Of a DNA stretch of 64,000 bases, positions 28,111-35,900 are shown piece after piece. The notes beneath the pieces were generated by a model. It was given only the letters and a program-made list of their open reading frames with translations. It made no database searches and was not told the origin of the DNA. The DNA is from Candidatus Hopanoidivorans cymbastelae. Lineage in GTDB: Bacteria; Actinomycetota; Acidimicrobiia; Acidimicrobiales; Hopanoidiivorantaceae. Position 1 is the stretch's first letter, and every line of letters starts with the position of its first letter. The translations under genes and the position numbers were made by a program. The stretch is from contig JAPYNY010000053.1 of assembly GCA_028283145.1 (NCBI GenBank), positions 6,175 to 70,174 of the forward strand, given 5' to 3'.

Positions 28111-28677
28111 CGCTGGCTCCGCTGCCTTCTGTCGGGTGTATGTTACACCTATGCGAATTTCAAAGCGTTCCGGGGGACGGTTGCTCGTGTCAAATTTGAG
28201 ATGACTACGCTCTGGTTTGGTTAACGTTCCACCGTCTTCATCTAAAACAGCTAAAGCTTCGTCAAGCGTGTCGTCTTCTGTATCATTCAGTTCAAAGTAG
28301 CACACGGGTAGGCATCCGACTTTGCTGGAAGTCACCCCACCCTCGCCAGGCGCAGCTTCTTGGACGTTAGCTTGATCAGGGAATATGAACGATGTATATT
28401 CGCCGCCTCCGCCAGCTCCGGCGGCTGCTAGCTCCGGGTCGAAGATTTCCCACGGGGCGCATCTGGCTTCCAAGTCGGGAGACTGCTCCTCCAAGTCGTC
28501 GGAGGCACTGCTGGTAATGGCAACTACAATCACCCCGGTGGCCACAGCCATCAACACCAGCACGGCTGTAACTATCAAGGTTTGAAGGGTGATGCCCCGC
28601 TCATCTTCGGCAGGGTTTGCTTCATCTTCAGCAGGGTTAGTTTTTAGGTTGTGTGGAATTGATTGTGTTGGAAACAT
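27913..28677 (-). CDS. Prepilin-like four-Cys protein family, copy A; 3'-truncated relative to copies B/C/D, with the reading frame continuing antisense into the cupin gene
   Basis: Leader ...AEDERG, then 'ITLQTLIVTAVLVLMAVATGVIVVAIT', 'SASDDLEEQSPDLEARCAPWE', 'GGVTSSKVGCLPVCY' and 'RIGVTYTR'. AAGAGG lies 6 nt before the ATG at 28677. Family similarity stops near 28120. Confidence 0.55.
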   Translation of the reverse strand: MFPTQSIPHNLKTNPAEDEANPAEDERGITLQTLIVTAVLVLMAVATGVIVVAITSSASDDLEEQSPDLEARCAPWEIFDPELAAAGAGGGGEYTSFIFPDQANVQEAAPGEGGVTSSKVGCLPVCYFELNDTEDDTLDEALAVLDEDGGTLTKPERSHLKFDTSNRPPERFEIRIGVTYTRQKAAEPASVHQNIARSGLALRFQHKIVGFKHARPVGYAFDVAVFIQVEIAAIHDEGNVSRLGVVVGGVEAVL

Positions 28678-28772
28678 TTTGAGCCTCTTATCGGGTGCGA
28701 AAAATTGGGTGTGAAGAGATGGCAAGAATTGCAAGGTGATAAACAGCCAAAAGCGGAAACTTAAACGCGGTT

Positions 28773-28803
28773 GGGTAGCCCTACATACGGTGCAGGGCTA
28801 CCC
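28773..28803 (-). terminator. Stem-loop just downstream of the LRR gene stop
   Basis: Perfect 10-bp inverted repeat GGGTAGCCCT/AGGGCTACCC with an 11-nt loop. There is no clean U-tail. Confidence 0.45.
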
Positions 28804-28834
28804 TGCAAGCACCAACCGGGCTGTGAACGCTGGT

Positions 28835-30808
28835 TTAGGCTGGGCCGTAGCTGTTGTCAGCGGTGTCCCAGGTTATGGGCACGGCCAGCTGGCTCTGGAA
28901 AAAGACATACATGGTGTCATACCGGTCAACGGCATCCATTACTCCATAGCCATTTGGCGCTATATCTGGATGACAAGGCAGAAGTATCTTGAAATCCTGC
29001 TGTCGCAAGTCGTACGTTATGACAGCCAGCACGCCCGCCAGATTGTCGCAGTCGCTGAGCGTTTCATCGAAGATGCTGTCTGGAGCAGTATCAAAAGCTT
29101 GCTCAGCCGGGGCTAGTATGTTCCAGCCCTGATGCAAAGTCAAAACCATATTTTCACTAACTCGGCCCAGCCCTGCAAATCGTAAGTTGTCGGCGTTGAA
29201 AACCCCTATTTTGTGCATCACCGAAGTGCCACTGTTCAAGATTGAGTTGTCGTCTCGTGTGAAATGAGTGCCCCAACTCTGGGTGCTGGCATCCCAGGAA
29301 TAAATTTCACCAACGAAATTAAGTCCTAAATCACGAGCCATCTGCTGAGCTGAAGTGCCATCGGAGATGACGTTATATGCCCTCCAGCCAAAAATGCTGG
29401 CCTCATTGCCTTCACCATAAAACCTGTTGCTGAAGCCGTTTTGCGCGGTGGCATGATATGGCGTAACGGCGATGACATATTTATCCAAACTCAAAGGATT
29501 TCTGTCATTGCAGGCCAACGCACCGCTGGTCCCAGAGGTGCGTAGGGGTATTGTTGCCTGGGTGGCAGCAGTCTGCCAGAAAAAATTCGTTTCCCAGCTC
29601 TCTACTTCAAATTCAGCAGGCCTGTTAGGGCAAACTCGCTCATGTTCCTCATTGAAGGCATTGTTCTCAGCTTGCTCAATGCTAATCAAATAACCGGTGG
29701 GCGTGAAAGCCGTGCCTGAACTTGGGTCGGTAGGCGCTTCCCAGTCAAGCACCAAATTGCCGCCCGACACAGTTCTAGTCAGGCCAGTTATCGGCGGCAG
29801 CGCATACTGGGAATACCTCTGGCTGTCACACTGCTGGCGACCCAGCGAGAACACGCCAAAGGAAGCGGTGTCCTTGATGCCTGTTACTGGATCAGTTGAA
29901 GGCGGTCGCACATTCCATGAATAGGTGGTGGTCACTTCCTGCAAGGGACGATGCGAGACAGAAAAATCCTCAGGCCAACAAATCCGATTGCCGGAAAGAT
30001 GGAACTCAGGCCTTGCGCGAGCACCTGTATCCATAAAAGTAATCTCACTCAACCAGTCACTTACCCAGCTGCTGTCATCCCCCCACGTCAAGTCATTGTC
30101 GCTGAAAGTGAAATAGTTGACATTTTTCAAATTTCTATATGATCGGGGAATCTCGCCACTGAACTCATTGCGTCTCAGAACAACCAAAATCGTCTTACTT
30201 TCCGAACCAATATCCGGCAAAGGCCCATTGAAAAAATTGTCCTGAGCCAGGAAGCCATAAACATTGCGAAATCCGCTTGGAATAGTGCCGGACATATCGT
30301 TTGAGTTGACGTTGAACCACTGGAGATTGCTCATGCTGGCAAACCCAGCTGGAATCGAACCGGTCAGATTATTGCGCCTGAAACTAGCAAAATTTAAATT
30401 ACTCAAGTTGCCAAAACACTCAGGAAACTTGCCTGAAAAACCATTGATGTCAAACACCAGCCGATCTACGCGCCCCAGCCGGCACAAACTCTGAGGAATT
30501 TCACCAACTAAACCAACAAAATCATCATTGGAAGAACCCTTCATATCTAGCCCAGAGATATAGAACTCGGTACTGGCAGAACCGCTAACACCAATACCTG
30601 CCCAATTCCTAAGCGGTCCCTCACCCCACGTCAAAATAGGGTGATTTACAGAACCATACAAAATACTGCCAGAGCGAAAAACTAAATCATTACGCGCCTC
30701 TACGAGAATCTTGCATTCTCGCCTCAGAGTGCTTACATTGCTCTGGTCGGCTTCTGCTCCGGGGATCCACTCATCGGTGTCGCAACGGTCGGGGTCCAGC
30801 CGCTCCAA
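28835..30808 (-). CDS. Secreted-type plant-like LRR protein with FN3-like and further beta-rich domains (open part; its true start appears detached, see 30825-30959)
   Basis: Repeats of the form 'NNLTGSIPAGFASMSNLQWFNVNSNDMSGTIPSGF' and 'NEFSGEIPRSYRNLKN'. An FN3-like stretch reads 'LTRTVSGGNLVLDWEAPTD'. The track start is a TTG with no SD. Confidence 0.75.
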   Translation of the reverse strand: MERLDPDRCDTDEWIPGAEADQSNVSTLRRECKILVEARNDLVFRSGSILYGSVNHPILTWGEGPLRNWAGIGVSGSASTEFYISGLDMKGSSNDDFVGLVGEIPQSLCRLGRVDRLVFDINGFSGKFPECFGNLSNLNFASFRRNNLTGSIPAGFASMSNLQWFNVNSNDMSGTIPSGFRNVYGFLAQDNFFNGPLPDIGSESKTILVVLRRNEFSGEIPRSYRNLKNVNYFTFSDNDLTWGDDSSWVSDWLSEITFMDTGARARPEFHLSGNRICWPEDFSVSHRPLQEVTTTYSWNVRPPSTDPVTGIKDTASFGVFSLGRQQCDSQRYSQYALPPITGLTRTVSGGNLVLDWEAPTDPSSGTAFTPTGYLISIEQAENNAFNEEHERVCPNRPAEFEVESWETNFFWQTAATQATIPLRTSGTSGALACNDRNPLSLDKYVIAVTPYHATAQNGFSNRFYGEGNEASIFGWRAYNVISDGTSAQQMARDLGLNFVGEIYSWDASTQSWGTHFTRDDNSILNSGTSVMHKIGVFNADNLRFAGLGRVSENMVLTLHQGWNILAPAEQAFDTAPDSIFDETLSDCDNLAGVLAVITYDLRQQDFKILLPCHPDIAPNGYGVMDAVDRYDTMYVFFQSQLAVPITWDTADNSYGPA

Positions 30809-30824
30809 AGACGGCGGCTGAGCA

Positions 30825-30959
30825 CTAGCACCTGAGGTGCCAGCAATTACAACTGCGAGACCCCCCCCCTGCCGATAAAGCCATCACAAAAACCATCGCG
30901 ATAGCCTTACGGCAACCGGATGCCAAAAGCCTCTGAGGGCCAGATGAAATATAAGTCAT
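30825..30959 (-). other. Detached start codon plus signal-peptide n/h-region of the LRR gene (44-codon frame ending after the homopolymer tract)
   Basis: AGGAG (30970-30966), a 6-nt spacer, then ATG at 30959. Translation is MTYISSGPQRLLASGCRKAIAMVFVMALSAGGG... A -1 or +2 nt change in the tract fuses it to the LRR frame. Confidence 0.7.
30861..30869. repeat. Homopolymer tract C9 (G9 on the coding strand)
   Basis: Counted directly: 'gaga ccccccccc tgcc'. Confidence 0.95.
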
Positions 30960-31002
30960 AATAAGCTCCTTTGCTTGAAAAGATGTTTATACATTAAAGC
31001 GT

Positions 31003-31021
31003 ATTATAGCACCTTCCCCCA
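31003..31021 (-). promoter_or_regulatory. Candidate extended -10 promoter TGGGGGAAGGTGCTATAAT upstream of the LRR gene
   Basis: TGn-TATAAT lies about 43 nt upstream of the ATG at 30959. An A/T-rich tract sits just upstream, and a near-identical motif precedes copy B. Confidence 0.45.
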
Positions 31022-31162
31022 TCAATTGCGTTTAACATAACAAAAAATAAAAAATAATTTTTTGCGGTGCTCGTTCAAGCAGACACTTCACCGGCCCAAG
31101 GGGGCACACGCCAACAAGGGCCTAAGCCAGCCTAGACCTACGCTAAAAGCATTGCACCAACC

Positions 31163-31960
31163 TCATTCACGGGAGTCCAAGTGAATCACTTTTGTGCCGG
31201 TGTCTTGAAGTATGCAACCCTCTTGGTCGTTGGTGACTCTGATGACCAGATTGGAACCCTTTGCTTTGGGCGGGATATTCGTACCCACCGGTTCAACAGA
31301 CACTTGATTTATCAGGTCCCATACGTAACCGTTAACTGATGAAAGAATCAGCTCTTCAGCTAAATCCAGAAGAGAGTCATCTGCTGCTGCGACCAGTTGA
31401 GGCCAAGTAACCCCACCTTGCTCTATTATGTCAGCTCTTCCACCTTGGAAGTTTCTTTTGTAGGTTACACCTACACGAACCTGGTTCATTTCCGGTTTTT
31501 CATTGGTGGTAGCAAAACTGAGTTCAATATCGTGGCTTGGGTCCTCTTGTATCCTTTTGACGAGTTGGTCAAGCGTCCTATCTTCAAAAGGCGCGTTAAG
31601 GCTTGTGTGAACACTCAAATAGCAGGGAGCAAAGCAACCTATGCCGCTAGAGGTTACCCCCCCCCTGCCAGGAGTTGGAGTGCCGATTACTTCGGTTTCA
31701 AGCGGTTCACCTCCGCCGATTCCTAAAGCTTCTCGTTCAGGATCGTGGAATTCCCACGGAGCGCACTTGGCTTCCAAGTCGGGGGACTGTTCGCTTAGAT
31801 CGTCAGAAGCGCTGTTGGTGATAGCTACTACAACCACCCCGGCTGCCACAGCCATCAGCACCAGCACAGCCGTTACTATCAGGGTTTGGAGGGTGATGCC
31901 CCGCTCATCTCTAGACGGATTTGACAACTGCTTCAGCACGATTTGGGGATTTCTGAGCAT
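31163..31960 (-). CDS. Prepilin-like four-Cys protein family, copy B
   Basis: 'MLRNPQIVLKQLSNPSRDERG|ITLQTLIVTAVLVLMAVAAG...', then 'CAPWEFHDP', 'GGVTSSGIGCFAPCY', 'VRVGVTYKR' and 'VGTNIPPKAKGSNLVIRVTNDQEGC'. In-frame ATGs at 31969 and 32020 are alternative starts. Confidence 0.7.
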   Translation of the reverse strand: MLRNPQIVLKQLSNPSRDERGITLQTLIVTAVLVLMAVAAGVVVVAITNSASDDLSEQSPDLEAKCAPWEFHDPEREALGIGGGEPLETEVIGTPTPGRGGVTSSGIGCFAPCYLSVHTSLNAPFEDRTLDQLVKRIQEDPSHDIELSFATTNEKPEMNQVRVGVTYKRNFQGGRADIIEQGGVTWPQLVAAADDSLLDLAEELILSSVNGYVWDLINQVSVEPVGTNIPPKAKGSNLVIRVTNDQEGCILQDTGTKVIHLDSRE

Positions 31961-32058
31961 TGTGAACATCCTTTTGGCATATTGGACTGCGGGAGACAGG
32001 GGCGACAATCCGATAATCAACTGCCTAACGATTTAGTGGCACTCTCCTCCACCAAAAA

Positions 32059-32078
32059 ATTCTAGCACCGCTCCCCCA
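32059..32078 (-). promoter_or_regulatory. Candidate extended -10 promoter TGGGGGAGCGGTGCTAGAAT upstream of copy B
   Basis: TGn-TAGAAT with the same G-rich element as at 31003-31021. Confidence 0.4.
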
Positions 32079-32136
32079 GTGCTTGAGTCCTGAGCCAAAA
32101 TATAAAATTCAAAACAACTTGGCAGCCAATAAACGC

Positions 32137-32877
32137 CTATGGTGCTTGGTTCTCGTCTGGCACCTGGTTTAAGACTCCAGGGTCTGATTCTTCTTCTACG
32201 GAGTTAACCTGGGGTACGTCTGATTTTGTGTCGGCAATGAAGCAACTGTCTTTGTCACCGGTTACCTTGATACCCAGAGAGGAAACCTCGTCAGTGGGTG
32301 GAATGTGCGTGCCCAGTTGTTCTTTGACCTCGCCACCTACAACTATTTTGTATCCATAGCCGGTGGAGGAATCATCGTCTTGTTGCAGGCCAGTTGCAGT
32401 GCCTCGTCGATAAGTCACGCCCACTCGAAATTCTCTGATACCGCTTTCTGGTGGGCGGTTGGAGGCATCAAATTTAAGCCTTGAAACCCCCACGATCGGA
32501 GCTTGAGCAACAAGGTCATCCAGCGTTAATCCATTTGGCGGCATTGTAACGTAACACGGGGCTAGACATCCTATTTTGCTGGAGGTGACCCCTCCCCTGC
32601 CAGGCATGGGAGAGCCCACGACCATGCCATTTTCATCCACTTCAATCAGCCCGCCGCCTCCAACCCCGGCTGCTTCCAGTTCTGGATCGTGTATCTCCCA
32701 CGGGGCGCATTTGGCTTCCAAGTCGGGCGACTGTTCCTCCAAGTCGTCCGATGCGCTGTCTGTGATGGCCACTATGACAACCCCTGCCGCCACAGCCAAA
32801 AGCACCAAAACAGCGGTGATGACAAGCGTTTGAAGCGTGATACCCCGCTCTGCTGTATTCGGGCTTGGTCTCAGCAT
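32137..32877 (-). CDS. Prepilin-like four-Cys protein family, copy C
   Basis: 'MLRPSPNTAERG|ITLQTLVITAVLVLLAVAAG...', then 'CAPWEIHDP', 'GGVTSSKIGCLAPCY', 'FRVGVTYRR' and 'GTHIPPTDEVSSLGIKVTGDKDSC'. The ORF-track start at 32913 is an alternative. Confidence 0.7.
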   Translation of the reverse strand: MLRPSPNTAERGITLQTLVITAVLVLLAVAAGVVIVAITDSASDDLEEQSPDLEAKCAPWEIHDPELEAAGVGGGGLIEVDENGMVVGSPMPGRGGVTSSKIGCLAPCYVTMPPNGLTLDDLVAQAPIVGVSRLKFDASNRPPESGIREFRVGVTYRRGTATGLQQDDDSSTGYGYKIVVGGEVKEQLGTHIPPTDEVSSLGIKVTGDKDSCFIADTKSDVPQVNSVEEESDPGVLNQVPDENQAP

Positions 32878-32980
32878 GCGTGCTGTCGTGCACTCTTGAA
32901 AAACCATAAACATCCGTTAGAGCATGGGAAAACAGAGCACGGCTCCACGCAGCACGAAAAACTCGAAGAGCCGCGGTCTG

Positions 32981-35900
32981 CTAGCTCAGCAATTCGCTAG
33001 CTTGTGCAATGAGCCGTTCAGCTCGCTCGACTTGCTCTTGGTATTCGCCCAAATCGCCCCGCTGCAGAGCAGCCTGAGCGTCCTCAAACGCTGCCGAAGC
33101 TTCGGCCAAGAGTGCTTCAACGTCTTGGGTGGGAGCGGGCGTGCCTGGAGCAGTGGTGGTCGGAGGTGGTTCAGTGGTGGTTGTGGTAGTAGTTGGTGGC
33201 TGGGTAGTGGTGGTCGGGGACGGCGGCTGGGTGGTGGTAGTCGGAGGAGTAGGTGTCCCATCGGGTGGGGTCTGGCCCAAAGACACGCCTTCTACCGTTC
33301 CGGTGCAGCCACCTGTGACGGCTGTGTCGCCTTGGGTTGCAATAGGCGTCAAGCCAAACAAAGCTTCCAAAGACTCATTCAACTGCGGACACATCACAAC
33401 GCTCTCATCTAAGACGGCAATGACCTGTTGCAGCTCAGGCACTTGAGTGCTGGAAGCTACCACATACAACGGTCGCACATACAAAATGGACTGGTCCACC
33501 GGCACCAGCAGCAAATCCCCGAACTCCACTTGCGAACCCTGCTGGTCTAGCAAGGTGATGACCCTAGAGATGTTGGGGTCGCTCTGGATTTTGGAGTTGA
33601 CTAGGGCCGGGCCGTCAATGTCGCCCCCCGGAGTGCGATAGACAATCAGCTTGCCGTAATCCTGATCATCGCTGACAGCCACCATGAAAGCTGCCAACTC
33701 CTTACGGGTGTCTTCAGTGGAAATCGGCACGTAGGGTCGCAAAATCACAAATTGCTGCGCATCCTCTTCGGGCAACCTGAGCAAAGTGTAATAGGGGTCA
33801 ATGCGCCGCTCACGGCTGGTCAGCAGAACACCTTCTTCATTCACCACAGCTGTAACCGCCGCCCCGCTGACACCACCCGGATCCTGAGCTACAGCCCAGC
33901 CCTCAGCTTGCTCGTAGAACTTCTGTGTGTCGCCTAGTTGATAGCGAGCCCAGACGTTGGTCTGAACCCGGAACAAATCGGACGGATAGCGAATGTGTCG
34001 CAGCAAGTCGGCGGGCATCTCCGATTTGTCAACGAACAAATTGGGGAACGCACCCCGATAGGCGTTGACAATCGGGTCTTCGGCATCCACCTGATACAGC
34101 GTTACCGAGCCGTCAAAGCTGTCCACCACTGCCTTGACAGAGTTGCGGACGTAGTTGAAGTTGTGCCTGAGTCCGCTGCCGGCCGGCAATTGCTCGATGT
34201 CGGCGCGCTGTGCAAACGGGTAGAACCTGGTGGTGGTGTAGGCGTCCAGCACATATTTGATACGCCCTTCGGATATGACTGCGTAAGGGTCGCTGTCAAA
34301 ATGCAGGAAGGGAGCCAGCTTCTCAACCCGCTCACGGACGTCTCGCACATACAGCACCCGACTGTCGCTGCGTATGAAATTGGAAATGAGCGGGTCGATG
34401 TCGCCGAAGCGCAGGGCAAAGGCAGCCTTGCGCCACCAGCCGCCGATTTCCACCCCGCCATCGCCGTCGTAGCTGTAGGATTGCAACCCCTCTTCGCCAG
34501 CGCTCTCGTCGGCTTGCTCCTCATCCACTTCCTGGCGGTCGGTATTGACAATGGCGTAGCCTCCCAAATCCTCAGCGAAATAGACACGTGGCTCATCTAG
34601 CGGCAGACCCAGCTCGTTGCGCTCCACGGCCAGCCCGCCAACTACGAAATCAGGCAACCCCGCTTCCACCCTGTTGGCTGGTGCTAGGGCTAGACCATAG
34701 CCATGCGTGTAGGTGAGGCGCGAAGCTTCCCATGTGTTGGTGGGCAAGCGGTCGGGATTGAGCTGGCGCGCACCCAGCACCACCGGCACCACTTCCCCGT
34801 CCACCTCATATCGGTCTACGTCCAACGCTTCAGGGAATCTGTAGAAGCCTCGCTCCCCCTCCAGGTTTTCAAAAGTCTGCGGCAAGACCTCGGCATCCAG
34901 CAGCGGGATGACGTCAATGTTGTCTTGGTTATCTTCAATATCGGCAAACGTCAGCGGATCGCCTGTTTCAAACAGCCGGGTCTCAACGTTGTCCAAAGCG
35001 ATGGCTTGACGAGTGAACTGGATGTTGTTCTCCATGAGTTCTTGCTCACGGGTGGATTCGGCAGGCTCCACCTGGAAGCGCTGCACGATGAAAGGATAGA
35101 TGTTGCCCATCACGATAGCCACGAATGCCCACAAGCACACCGCGATGACAGGCAGTGCCCAGCCTTTGCGCCAGATGTTGTAGATAAACAGACAGAAAGC
35201 CAAAAACGCAATGACTATCAGCAGATACAGCACCGGCAGGCGAGCGTTCACGTCGGTGTAGCTGACGCCATCCACAACTCCCTGAGATGAGGTGGTGAGA
35301 GAGTAGCGATCTAGCCAGTAGTCGGCGGCACGCACCAGAGCCAAAATGCCCAGCAGCACAGATAGGTGAGCTTTGACTGCCGGCAAGACCCGCTGCCCTG
35401 AGGTCTGGAAGCGAATGCCACCATTGATGTAATGAATGACGACTGTGATAAAGAAGATGATCAAGAATGCTGTGAACAGCCAATCCACCACGAATTTCAA
35501 AAACGGCAGTTGGAAAACATAAAAGCCGATATCCAGATTGAACTGAGGGTCTTTCACTCCAAAATCTTTGCGGTTGATGAACAGCAGCCACTCCTGCCAG
35601 CGATTGGAGGCGCCGATGCCGGTTACGAAGGCGAAAAAGAAGGCAATGAGGCTGCGGACTAGAATTTTGCGCTTGCCTACCAGATTGTGCCAGCGGGACA
35701 AGACATCTTCTTCTGGCCCACTGGGGCGAGGGTCGGGAGCGATGCGGTCAGCAATGGCAAGGCTGGCCCACAACAGGATGAAGAAAAGCCCGATGGCAAT
35801 GACCGCCATGATGATTTTGGCCAGCAGCACATACGACCAGACTTGGGTTTGGTCGATGGAGTCAAACCAGAGGTAGTCGGTGTAGAAACTGGCAATGCCC

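Noticed and set aside
28736-29116. 126-aa plus-strand ORF, and other short plus-strand ORFs at 29472-30494
   Set aside because: They are antisense to the LRR gene. The segment 28736-28834 is better explained as the copy A / LRR intergenic region with a hairpin.
33938-35290. Plus-strand ORFs of 220 and 195 aa (also 35687-36308)
   Set aside because: They are antisense to the UPF0182 gene, which is continuous and family-typical over 1051 codons.
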